A stretch of DNA of 64,000 nt, from NCBI GenBank assembly GCA_039183635.1, contig JBCDBL010000002.1, positions 802-64,801 of the forward strand, given 5' to 3'. The notes below the pieces were generated by a model, which had not been told where the DNA came from, ran no database searches, and saw only the letters and a program-made list of their open reading frames with translations. Shown piece after piece: positions 44,320 through 53,300 of this stretch (within the stretch, counting starts at the first letter, position 1; the number at the start of each line of letters is the position of its first letter). The DNA comes from Pseudomonadota bacterium (lineage in GTDB: Bacteria; Pseudomonadota; Alphaproteobacteria; Caulobacterales; Parvularculaceae). A program made the translations under genes and the position numbers.

Positions 44320-45891
44320 TTGAAACTTCAATTCCTCACGATCCTATCCGCTTGCAGCATGCTTTTATCGACGGCGCACGCCCAAATCCTGTACCGGGGG
44401 AATGACGGCGACCCGGAAACCCTCGACCATCACGGGACCGCGACCGTCGCCGAGGGAAGGTTGTTGGATGACCTTTATTCAGGATTGGTGGACTTCTCCG
44501 CGCGCGCCACGGTCACGCCGGGCGTCGCAGAACGGTGGGATATTTCCGATGATGGGCTAACCTATGTTTTTTATCTCAGAGAGGATGCAGCGTGGTCGAA
44601 CGGCGACCCTGTCACAGCCCACGACTTTGCGTTCGCTTATCGGCGGCTGATGGACCCGCTCACCAACGCCAAATACGCCATCATTCTTTATCCGATAAAA
44701 AACGCCGAGAAAGTCAATTCTGGCGTGTTGGACCCGTCCGAGTTAGGCGTGAGAGCGATTGATGAGCGGACGCTCGAGATCACTCTTGAACAGCCCACCC
44801 CCTATTTTCTGGATCAGTTGACCCACCAAACGGGTAAGCCCCTTCACCAAAAGTCAGTTGAAGCGTTTGGCGACCAATTCGTGAAGCCGGGCAACCTGGT
44901 GACGAATGGCGCATACGTCCTTCAGTCATTTACACTGAACGATCGTATCATCATGCGGAAAAACGAGTATTTCTACGATGCCGACAACGTCGCTATTGAG
45001 GAGGTGCACTATATTCCGTTTGAGGATCGCTCAACCTGCGTGCGGGCGTGGGAAGCAGGGGAAGTCCATATCTGCTCCGATCTGCCCGCCCAGGACCTTG
45101 AGCGGCTTGAGCAATATGGCGCCTCGCTGAAGATCGAACCTTATCTCGGCACCTATTACTATGCGCTCGACACAACGGATGAATTTTTATCCGATCCGGA
45201 GGTCCGGTTGGCCATGTCCATGGTGATCGACCGGGAGTTTCTGGCCGAAGAAATCTGGCCCGGCATGATTCCGGCGACGAGCTTTGTTCCCGTCGGCATC
45301 AACAATTACGAAGGCGGATCACCAAAGACGGACTATTTCCTAATGTCGATGCTGGACCGGGAAGATGAAGCCGCCGCGATCATGGCGCGAAAGGGCGTCA
45401 CGAAGGAAAACCCGGTGACCGTTGAGTTGATGTACAATAGCGGCGAGAACCACAAAAATACAGCAACCGCCATCGCCGATATGTGGTCTCACATCGGGAT
45501 CAACATAACCTACAAGATCCGAGATGCAGCGGCGCACTATGCGTACTTACGGGATCGGGGGCGGATGCAGGTCGCCCGCGCAGGTTGGGTCGGCGACTAT
45601 TCAGATCCGCAAAATTTTCTCTTTGGCCTTGAGTCCCATAATGTGGGCTTCAACTATGCAAAGTATGAAAACCCCGAGTATGACGCGCTGATGGTGCGCG
45701 CCGCCAATGAATTGGACCTTGTGAAACGTGCGGATATCTTGCGCCAGGCCGAGGCTATTGTGATGCGGGACACGCCCTTCCTCAGCATTTTCTACTATTC
45801 GTCTTTTGGGCTGGTGTCGCCTAAGGTGCGCGGGTGGGAAAGCAATGTTATGAACAAACATCTGACCCGTTATCTTACGCTGGAAGAATAA
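44320..45891 (+). CDS. ABC transporter substrate-binding protein, family 5 (OppA/DppA/MppA/NikA type)
   Basis: TTG start. Signal peptide MKLQFLTILSACSMLLSTAHA. VTPGVAERWDISDDGLTYVFYLREDAAWSNGDPVTAHDF is typical of peptide-binding family 5 SBPs. Confidence 0.85.
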   Translation: MKLQFLTILSACSMLLSTAHAQILYRGNDGDPETLDHHGTATVAEGRLLDDLYSGLVDFSARATVTPGVAERWDISDDGLTYVFYLREDAAWSNGDPVTAHDFAFAYRRLMDPLTNAKYAIILYPIKNAEKVNSGVLDPSELGVRAIDERTLEITLEQPTPYFLDQLTHQTGKPLHQKSVEAFGDQFVKPGNLVTNGAYVLQSFTLNDRIIMRKNEYFYDADNVAIEEVHYIPFEDRSTCVRAWEAGEVHICSDLPAQDLERLEQYGASLKIEPYLGTYYYALDTTDEFLSDPEVRLAMSMVIDREFLAEEIWPGMIPATSFVPVGINNYEGGSPKTDYFLMSMLDREDEAAAIMARKGVTKENPVTVELMYNSGENHKNTATAIADMWSHIGINITYKIRDAAAHYAYLRDRGRMQVARAGWVGDYSDPQNFLFGLESHNVGFNYAKYENPEYDALMVRAANELDLVKRADILRQAEAIVMRDTPFLSIFYYSSFGLVSPKVRGWESNVMNKHLTRYLTLEE

Positions 45892-45943
45892 TCCACATGA
45901 CTTTTAAAACATGCGAGCGCCAGGCCGTTCGGCAGAGGGGCCT

Positions 45944-46861
45944 ATGCTCAATTACACGTTGAAACGGGTGCTCACGATCATCCCGACGCTTTTCGTCATC
46001 ATCACATTGACGTTCTTTCTAATGCGGGTGGCGCCGGGAGGGCCATTCGATGAAGAGCGCCCTCTGGCGCCCGCAGTCCTTGAAAACATCCGGGCGAGCT
46101 ACGGGCTCGACAAACCGTTGGTCGAGCAGTACTGGACCTATATGGGGAACCTGCTGAAGGGCGATCTTGGTCCATCGTTCGTGTACAGAGACAAACGCGT
46201 TCACGAAGTCCTTGGCGAGGGCCTGCCGATCTCCATGACGCTTGGCGCAACAGCGCTCACGATCGCGCTGATTATAGGCGTACTTCTGGGGACGATCGCC
46301 GCACTCAACCAGAACAAGGGCGCCGACTACGCCATTGTAACGTTTGCGACCTTTGGCATCACCATACCGAACTATGTCCTCGCGCCCATCCTTACTCTGA
46401 TTTTAGCCCTCACATTTAACCTATTGCCGGCGACGGGATGGGGAACTCCGTCTCAAATGGTTCTGCCTGTTCTCTCCCTCGCCTTGCCGCAGGTCGCGAT
46501 TATCACGCGCCTGATGCGCGGCTCTATGCTGGAGGCGTTGAAGTCCGACCATGTCAGAACAGCACGGGCCTACGGGTTGCCGCTCACAAAAGTTGTCGGC
46601 AAGCACGCGTTGCGCTCGGCCTTCATTCCGGTCTTAACATATCTCGGCCCCGCGGCGGCGGCGCTGTTGACCGGTTCAATTGTCGTGGAGCAGATTTTCA
46701 ATATTCCCGGTATTGGCCGCTATTTTGTCTCAAGCGCCCTCAACCGCGACTACACGATGGTGATGGGCACAGTCGTCATCGTCGCGACTTTTGTCTTGAT
46801 CTTCAATCTCATCATCGATCTGCTTTATTCCGTCCTCGATCCACGGGTGCGATATGAATAG
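45944..46861 (+). CDS. Peptide ABC transporter permease (DppB/OppB-like)
   Basis: N-terminus MLNYTLKRVL. Conserved loop SDHVRTARAYGL. 6 TM segments. Confidence 0.85.
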   Translation: MLNYTLKRVLTIIPTLFVIITLTFFLMRVAPGGPFDEERPLAPAVLENIRASYGLDKPLVEQYWTYMGNLLKGDLGPSFVYRDKRVHEVLGEGLPISMTLGATALTIALIIGVLLGTIAALNQNKGADYAIVTFATFGITIPNYVLAPILTLILALTFNLLPATGWGTPSQMVLPVLSLALPQVAIITRLMRGSMLEALKSDHVRTARAYGLPLTKVVGKHALRSAFIPVLTYLGPAAAALLTGSIVVEQIFNIPGIGRYFVSSALNRDYTMVMGTVVIVATFVLIFNLIIDLLYSVLDPRVRYE

Positions 46862-47984
46862 TCGATCCGACGCTATGGAAGCCGCCCCCGAGAGCCGGTC
46901 GCTTCTCGACACGGCGTTCCTGCGCCTGAAGCGGAATCGCGCGGCGATGGTCTCCATATGGGTCGTCATCGCCATGACTCTTGCCGCGATTGTCGGCCCA
47001 TGGATTTCGCCGCACCCTTATAACGAGGTGTACAATAATTTCGTGGGCGCGAAGCCTTCCCTCACCGCCTATCCGAAAGACAATCAGATTGTCCCGATCG
47101 CTGAACGGGCGCTGAAGCGCGCACGGGTAAACGTTGAGACGATCGATGCATCACATGACCGGGTTGAGATTGACATCGTCAATCGTATTGATGAGCCGCT
47201 CGATCCACGGATTACAAGATATCTCGTCCGCTCTGACGTGTTTGAAAATGTCGAGATGTCAATCAATGCGGCGGACGCCACCCGGGCCCGCATGACGGCC
47301 GATGTGAAAAAGCTTTATTTTCTCATGGGGACCGACCAAAACGGCCGTGATCTTCTGACCCGTATTTTGATTTCCCTACGAATATCGCTTCTGGTCGCCG
47401 CACTCGCCACGGGGGTGGCGCTGTTAATTGGCGTCACTTACGGGTCCATCGCCGGTTTTATCGGCGGGCAGGTCGACAATCTCATGATGCGGGTCGTGGA
47501 TCTGTTGTATTCGCTTCCCTTCGTCTTCTTTGTCATTTTATTGGTCGTCTTCTTCGGCAACAATATCGTCCTGATATTTATCGCCATCGGTGCCATCGAA
47601 TGGCTCGATATGGCGCGGATCGTCCGGGGGCAGACCCTTCAGCTCAAGCAGAAGGAGTTCGTGCAAGCCGCCCAGGCGCTCGGCGTGAGCAAACTGGATA
47701 TGATCAAACGCCACATTGTCCCGAATGTTGCAGGGACAGTGGCCATATATATGACGCTTCTGATCCCCAAAGTGATCTTGCTCGAAAGCTTCCTCAGCTT
47801 TCTGGGTCTCGGGGTCCAAGAACCGCTGACCTCGCTGGGCGTGCTGATCGCCGAAGGCGCGCGCTATATGCGGAACGACCCTTACATGTTGATTTTTCCG
47901 GCGCTGACGATGTCCATACTCCTGTTCGCCCTCAATTTCCTGGGCGACGGGTTGCGTGACGCGCTGGACCCGAAGGATCGATAA
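46854..47984 (+). CDS. Peptide ABC transporter permease (DppC/OppC-like) with a long periplasmic loop
   Basis: 8-nt overlap with the previous gene. Loop KEFVQAAQALGVS. C-terminal LGDGLRDALDP. Confidence 0.85.
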   Translation: MNSRSDAMEAAPESRSLLDTAFLRLKRNRAAMVSIWVVIAMTLAAIVGPWISPHPYNEVYNNFVGAKPSLTAYPKDNQIVPIAERALKRARVNVETIDASHDRVEIDIVNRIDEPLDPRITRYLVRSDVFENVEMSINAADATRARMTADVKKLYFLMGTDQNGRDLLTRILISLRISLLVAALATGVALLIGVTYGSIAGFIGGQVDNLMMRVVDLLYSLPFVFFVILLVVFFGNNIVLIFIAIGAIEWLDMARIVRGQTLQLKQKEFVQAAQALGVSKLDMIKRHIVPNVAGTVAIYMTLLIPKVILLESFLSFLGLGVQEPLTSLGVLIAEGARYMRNDPYMLIFPALTMSILLFALNFLGDGLRDALDPKDR

Positions 47985-47985
47985 G

Positions 47986-49632
47986 ATGAGCACCGTGACG
48001 CCGCCTCAACCCGTTTTGGACATTGAGGACCTGAAGGTCGATTTCGAGACGCCCGACGGCGCCGTCCACGCCGTTAAGGGGATGTCGATGTCGGTCGCCC
48101 CCGGAGAGGTGGTCGCCATTGTTGGCGAAAGCGGCTCCGGCAAGAGCCAGATCGCCATGTCGACCCTTGGCATCCTTGCCTCCAACGGCCGCGCATCGGG
48201 CAAGATCCGATTCCAGGGGCGCGATCTTCTCGGCCTCTCCCGACGCCAAATGAACGAAATACGCGGCGCCAGAATCTCTATGATCTTTCAGGAGCCGATG
48301 ACGTCCCTGGACCCGCTCTATCATGTCGGCGATCAAATCATTGAACTGCTGATGACCCATAAGGGACTGGCGAAATCAGAGGCGAAGTCAAAAGCGCTGG
48401 ACCTTCTCAAACGGGTTCAGATCCCCGAACCGGAGCGCCGTATGCGGTCATACCCCACGGAATTGTCCGGCGGACAACGCCAGCGCGTGATGATTGCGAT
48501 GGCGCTCGCGAATGAGCCGGAACTCCTCATCGCAGACGAGCCGACGACGGCGCTCGACGTAACGACGCAAGCCGGCATCCTCCAGCTTCTCGCCGCGCTC
48601 AACCGCGACTTGGGCATGAGCATCGTTTTTATCACCCACGACCTTGGCATCGTCGAAGCCTTTGCAGACCGGGTCTACGTCATGCAGAGGGGGGAGCTGA
48701 AAGAGACCGGGAAGACCAGCAAGGTTTTTAAAAGTCCGGAGACAGCGTATACGCAAAGTCTCCTTGCGGCAGAACCGGAAGGCGCCAAGCCGCCCGTCGA
48801 TGACAACGCAGATGTTATTCTTGATGCGAAGAGTATCGAAGTCGTCTACGGAAATGGACCGGGGTTTCTTCGGAAAGACACCCGCTTTAAGGCGGTCAAA
48901 GGCGTTAGCCTCAATCTGCGGGAAGGCCAGACCGTCGGTCTTGTGGGGGAAAGCGGATCGGGAAAATCAACGCTCGGCCGCGCCCTGTTAAGGTTGACGG
49001 AAAGCACCGGAAGGATCGCCTATCTCGGGAACGACCTGCAAAGCCTGTCTCCCGGCGACATGAAGCCTTTACGCAAGGAACTTCAAATGGTCTTCCAGGA
49101 TCCGTATGGGTCTCTCTCCCCGAGGATGACGGTTCTCGACATTGTTGAGGAAGGTTTGCGAACCCACGCGCCGCACTTGGCGAAAAAGGACCGCGACGCC
49201 CAAGCCCTGGACGCGCTTGAAAAGGTCGGCCTCGATGCCTCGGTCAAAAACCGGTTTCCCCATGAGTTCTCAGGGGGGCAACGTCAACGGATCGCCATCG
49301 CCCGGGCCATGCTGCTGAAACCCCGCGTCGTTGTTCTGGACGAGCCAACATCGGCGCTTGACCGGACCGTCCAAAAAGAGGTGGCTCAACTCCTACGCGA
49401 TCTGCAGTCAGAGTTTTCATTGTCATACGTTTTCATCAGCCACGATCTGGCGGTTGTACGCGCCATGGCTGACTATGTGATGGTTATGCGCGAGGGGACA
49501 ATTGTCGAAGAGGGCGTAACACAGAAAGTTTTTGATACCCCTCGGGAGGATTATACCCGAAATTTGATAAAAAGCTCTTTTAACCTCAAGGACCTTCTGG
49601 GGGCGAAGACGGACGTACAGACAAACGCGTAA
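47986..49632 (+). CDS. Fused double ATPase of a peptide ABC transporter (DppD-DppF-like)
   Basis: Two Walker A motifs (GESGSGKS twice) and two signature motifs (LSGGQRQR, FSGGQRQR). Confidence 0.9.
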   Translation: MSTVTPPQPVLDIEDLKVDFETPDGAVHAVKGMSMSVAPGEVVAIVGESGSGKSQIAMSTLGILASNGRASGKIRFQGRDLLGLSRRQMNEIRGARISMIFQEPMTSLDPLYHVGDQIIELLMTHKGLAKSEAKSKALDLLKRVQIPEPERRMRSYPTELSGGQRQRVMIAMALANEPELLIADEPTTALDVTTQAGILQLLAALNRDLGMSIVFITHDLGIVEAFADRVYVMQRGELKETGKTSKVFKSPETAYTQSLLAAEPEGAKPPVDDNADVILDAKSIEVVYGNGPGFLRKDTRFKAVKGVSLNLREGQTVGLVGESGSGKSTLGRALLRLTESTGRIAYLGNDLQSLSPGDMKPLRKELQMVFQDPYGSLSPRMTVLDIVEEGLRTHAPHLAKKDRDAQALDALEKVGLDASVKNRFPHEFSGGQRQRIAIARAMLLKPRVVVLDEPTSALDRTVQKEVAQLLRDLQSEFSLSYVFISHDLAVVRAMADYVMVMREGTIVEEGVTQKVFDTPREDYTRNLIKSSFNLKDLLGAKTDVQTNA

Positions 49633-49659
49633 AAGGCGGGCTGGATAGGGGAAGAGGTT

Positions 49660-51213
49660 TTGTCGATATTACGTTCTGCGAAGGATCTCACCAAGCTTTG
49701 GCGCACTGTATTTCAGCGCGTATTCGTCCTGTGGGCCATTGTCATACCCCTCGCCGCCGTCCCGGCCTACAGTCGAGACGCCAACCGAGCTGACCCCTAC
49801 CCGGCTCTCGCCGGGCTGCGTTACGGGATCTCAGTGACCGACCTTGATGGAAACATTCTTGTGGCGCATCGGGCGGATGAACGGTTTACGCCGGCTTCAA
49901 ACGTCAAATTATTCGTGACCGCCGCGGCCCTTGCAGCCCAAACCAAGATTTCGGCGCTGGATGCCGGATTAAAGGTGGTGTTGGAGCCGACTGAGTCCGG
50001 GCCTCCTGCTCTCGTGTTGATAGGACATGGAGATCCGACGATTGGGGCCGGTGCGAATTGCAATGTACGCTGCATCGAAACCCTGGCGGCGGCCGTGGCG
50101 GCGTCAGGGATCGGGCGCGTCGGCGATATTATCGGCGACGATCAATGGTTCGCCGACGAGCGACGCCCCCTGGGGTGGAGTTGGGACGATCTGAAGTTCG
50201 GCCACGGAACATCTATTTCAGCGATCGCTGTCAACGATAATATCCTCTCTTTAAGAGTCTCGCCGGCCCGCGCAGCGGGGACCAGCGTTCGGGCGTCTTG
50301 GGCGGACGCCGGACAAAGCTATTTCGCTCTCAAAAATGGGGCGAAGACCGGCGAGGCAACCAGGCGAAAAGCGCTACGGTTGGAGCGACGCATCGGCGAG
50401 CGCACAGCACGGCTTTACGGTGAACTGCCCATTGGGTCAAAGCCGATGACGCTCGATCTTGGCGTCGACGACCCGGCGCACTTCGCCGCATGGACGTTCA
50501 AGAGAGCGCTGGAGGCCAAAGGCGTTTCGGTTTCAGGACAACTGCGGACCCGCCGCCGCCCCCTCCAATATGCCGACGAACCGCAGTCAACCGACCCAGG
50601 CGTCCCGGACGCCCCGGCTTCTGCGATGGAGTGTATCCCGCAAGGCGAAGTTAGGCCCGCCGAAACCGTGATCGCATCGCTCCCGCCCGCGCCGCTCCAG
50701 GACATCGTAACTGAGATTAACCGCAATAGCCAAAATCTGTACGCCGAAGTTCTGCTTCGGCAATTGGGCCGTACGGCGGGAAGAGGGTCTTCCTTTTGCG
50801 GATTGCTGCAGATCCAGAATCTCTTAGAGGATATCGGAGCGCCCCGTACGTCCTATGACATCGCTGACGGTTCTGGCCTGTCCAGTTATAACCGGGCGAG
50901 CCCCGCGACCATCACCGCCCTCCTCCGTCACGCCGTCGCAGCGCCCTGGGGGGAGGCCTATCGTGCGAGTTTGCCGGTAGGCGGCGCATCGGCGGGGTCG
51001 CTGAAATACCGATTCCGCGGTTCAGCGTTGGAGGGGAAAATCTTTGCAAAGACGGGAACGCTCAATCACGTGGATGCATTATCCGGCTACATGGAGGCCC
51101 GCAGCGGGCAAATGTTGATCTTTTCCATTATTGTGAACGACCGCCCCCTCGACTCCCCGTCTGCAATGCGCGGCATCGACTCCACCCTTCTGATGATTGC
51201 CGAGCAATATTAA
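49660..51213 (+). CDS. dacB: D-alanyl-D-alanine carboxypeptidase/endopeptidase, PBP4 family (peptidase S13)
   Basis: SxxK in TPASNVKLF. KTG box FAKTGTLNHV. N-terminal hydrophobic signal. TTG start 27 nt after the ATPase stop. Confidence 0.8.
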   Translation: MSILRSAKDLTKLWRTVFQRVFVLWAIVIPLAAVPAYSRDANRADPYPALAGLRYGISVTDLDGNILVAHRADERFTPASNVKLFVTAAALAAQTKISALDAGLKVVLEPTESGPPALVLIGHGDPTIGAGANCNVRCIETLAAAVAASGIGRVGDIIGDDQWFADERRPLGWSWDDLKFGHGTSISAIAVNDNILSLRVSPARAAGTSVRASWADAGQSYFALKNGAKTGEATRRKALRLERRIGERTARLYGELPIGSKPMTLDLGVDDPAHFAAWTFKRALEAKGVSVSGQLRTRRRPLQYADEPQSTDPGVPDAPASAMECIPQGEVRPAETVIASLPPAPLQDIVTEINRNSQNLYAEVLLRQLGRTAGRGSSFCGLLQIQNLLEDIGAPRTSYDIADGSGLSSYNRASPATITALLRHAVAAPWGEAYRASLPVGGASAGSLKYRFRGSALEGKIFAKTGTLNHVDALSGYMEARSGQMLIFSIIVNDRPLDSPSAMRGIDSTLLMIAEQY

Positions 51214-51479
51214 ATGCACAGCGCTTTATGACCCTGCCAGGGCGATATCGCCGTTTTCAGGTACAGCACTCATCTTCTGGGCGACTTGAGACGCCGCCAT
51301 ATCCGCGATAGCGATGATCCATAGCGGACCGGAATCCGCGCCCAGCAGCCGACTGCAAGGTTCAGCAGACGCATGACGGCTTATAAGGCGAAAACGCCAT
51401 TTGCGCAGATTTCTTCTGCAGCGACTTGCTTATCTCAATGCCGTTAGTAGTCTGAACGCAGAAACGATGGAGCAAAAAC

Positions 51480-52757
51480 ATGATCCGATACGGTTTGGCT
51501 GGCGCGCTGGCGTTGATCGCTCAGGGCTGCGCACAATCGCTAACAGGAGCGGGAGATTCGCCAACGCTCGACGCCGCCGCCAATGCGTTAAATACTGCTG
51601 CGATCCATGACTCCGTTCTAACCCTTGATGCGCATCTCGATACGCCGGCCCTGTTTCGCCGAGACGGCTACGATTTTTCAGAACGCGGCTCCTTTGCTGA
51701 GGACCAGACCAATGTCGACCTGCCGCGCCTGAAGGACGGTCGGCTCGATGGCGGGTTTTGGGTGATTTACACCGGGCAGGGTCCGCTGGATGAAGCGTCA
51801 TACATCACGGCCCGCACCTCCGCGCTTTTACGACAAATGTCGATCCGGGAAATGACGGCTAAATACGCGGACTTTGTCGAGCTCGCATTCGCTGCAGACG
51901 ATGCGGAACGTATTCAAAAAGAAGGCAAGGTTATTGTTTTTCAGAGCATGGAAAACGCCTATCCGCTGGGAGAGGATATCTCGCTTTTAGAGACCTTTTA
52001 TGTCGGCGGGCTGCGTATGCTAGGCCCTGTGCACTTCAGCAATAATCAGTTTGCGGACAGTTCAACCGATGATGAAGCGCCGTTTGGGGGGCTGAGCCCG
52101 CTTGGCGAGGACTTGGTTCGTGAAGCCAATCGACTGGGAATCATTGTCGATGGATCGCATGCGTCAGACGATGCGTTGCGTGACATGATGGCGGTTTCAA
52201 AGACACCGGTGATTCTGTCCCATAGCGGGCCTGACGGCGTATATGAGCATGCGCGGAACGTGCCCGATGCGTTGCTGCTCGAACTCGCCGAGAGCGGCGG
52301 CGTCATCCATGTCAACGCGTTTGGCGGCTATCTTGAAGAACTGCAGCCCACGCCCGAACGCGCCGCAGCGCTTGATGCGCTTGACGCCGAATACGGCGCC
52401 GACCCGTCGGCCATGCCGGAGGATCAGAGGGCGGCGTACTGGGCAGACCGAAGCGCGCTCGATCAGCAGTTCCCGCGGCCCCGCTCCAGCTTCGAAAAGT
52501 ATGTTGAACACCTTCTTTACACGCTTGACCTTGTCGGGCCGGACCATGTCGGCATCGGCGCCGATTGGGACGGAGGCGGCGGCGTGGACGGCATGGCGGA
52601 TGTCGCCGCCGTGCCAAAGATAACGCAAGCCCTGGTCGACGCCGGATACAGTGAAGCGGACATCGCAAAGATCTGGAGCGGCAATCTCCTGCGATTGATG
52701 CGAGAGGTTGAAGCAGCCAAAACGACGACGCTTCAATCACCCAATGTCGTCAAATAG
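51480..52757 (+). CDS. Membrane (renal-type) dipeptidase, peptidase M19, lipoprotein
   Basis: Lipobox LIAQGC. Zinc-ligand motif LDAHLDTP. HVGIGADWDG block typical of M19. Confidence 0.85.
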   Translation: MIRYGLAGALALIAQGCAQSLTGAGDSPTLDAAANALNTAAIHDSVLTLDAHLDTPALFRRDGYDFSERGSFAEDQTNVDLPRLKDGRLDGGFWVIYTGQGPLDEASYITARTSALLRQMSIREMTAKYADFVELAFAADDAERIQKEGKVIVFQSMENAYPLGEDISLLETFYVGGLRMLGPVHFSNNQFADSSTDDEAPFGGLSPLGEDLVREANRLGIIVDGSHASDDALRDMMAVSKTPVILSHSGPDGVYEHARNVPDALLLELAESGGVIHVNAFGGYLEELQPTPERAAALDALDAEYGADPSAMPEDQRAAYWADRSALDQQFPRPRSSFEKYVEHLLYTLDLVGPDHVGIGADWDGGGGVDGMADVAAVPKITQALVDAGYSEADIAKIWSGNLLRLMREVEAAKTTTLQSPNVVK

Positions 52758-52909
52758 CGTTTGGAACCGACCGCCATTTCTTGACATGGCTCAACACGTC
52801 AAATTGACAAGCAAAGCCAGTATTCGATCTGCTATTCATAAGTACCTGCTTGCGGCGATCTTCGGAGGTCCTGGGCGCAGATCGATACGGCCCTCAGCAG
52901 GCGTTAAAC

Positions 52910-52944
52910 CGTCGTCGCTTTACTCGGAATAGAGACGACGTTTT
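52910..52944 (+). terminator. Possible intrinsic terminator after the dipeptidase gene
   Basis: CGTCGTC / GACGACG 7-bp stem with a 17-nt loop, followed by TTTTCAGTCTTTGTTTTC. Confidence 0.45.
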
Positions 52945-52960
52945 CAGTCTTTGTTTTCTA

Positions 52961-53168
52961 GATTTCCGGACGGCGAACCGCACACACTTCGCCTGGAAAC
53001 GCTTCTTGGTTTTACGCGTTTCCGGACGGCGAACCGTACACACTTCGCCTGGAAACGCTCTTTTGGCAACGCGTTTCCGGACGGCGAACCGTACACACTT
53101 CGCCTGGAAACGCTCTTTTGGCAACGCGTTTCCGGACGGCGAACCGTACACACTTCGCCTGGAAACGC
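52961..53168. repeat. Four tandem copies (period 55-56 bp) of a 43-nt hairpin-forming element GCGTTTCCGGACGGCGAACCGTACACACTTCGCCTGGAAACGC
   Basis: Copies at 52961-53002 (degenerate left arm, one C/T change), 53016-53058, 53071-53113 and 53126-53168. Copies 2-4 are identical. The linkers TCTTTTGGCAAC are identical. Each unit folds as GCGTTTCC/GGAAACGC plus GGCGAA/TTCGCC stems. Confidence 0.9.
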
Positions 53169-53300
53169 TTTAAACGCCTTGCTTATGAGGGTCCGTGACA
53201 TTCAAAAGCGGGAGCATGCAGCGCCCGGTGACGTTACGCTCCATCTCCTGATAGATTAACGCTTGACGATTTCGCTATGTCCCTTGAGAGGAAGACGACG

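Noticed and set aside
51214-51479. Small ORFs (27-35 codons, both strands) in the 266-nt gap between PBP4 and the dipeptidase gene
   Set aside because: They have no SD sequences and no recognisable motifs, and their composition matches non-coding sequence. The gap most likely holds the promoter region of the dipeptidase gene.
52961-53168. Possibility that the tandem repeat is a CRISPR array
   Set aside because: The 12-13-nt linkers are far too short for spacers, and two of the three are identical to each other. There are only four units and no cas genes in the window. It is a tandem duplication of repeat plus linker.
52850-53259. Several 85-107-aa ORFs on both strands with repetitive peptides (FPDGEPYTLRLETL...)
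   Set aside because: They are artefacts of translating the tandem 55-bp palindromic repeat. The periodic peptide simply mirrors the DNA repeat.
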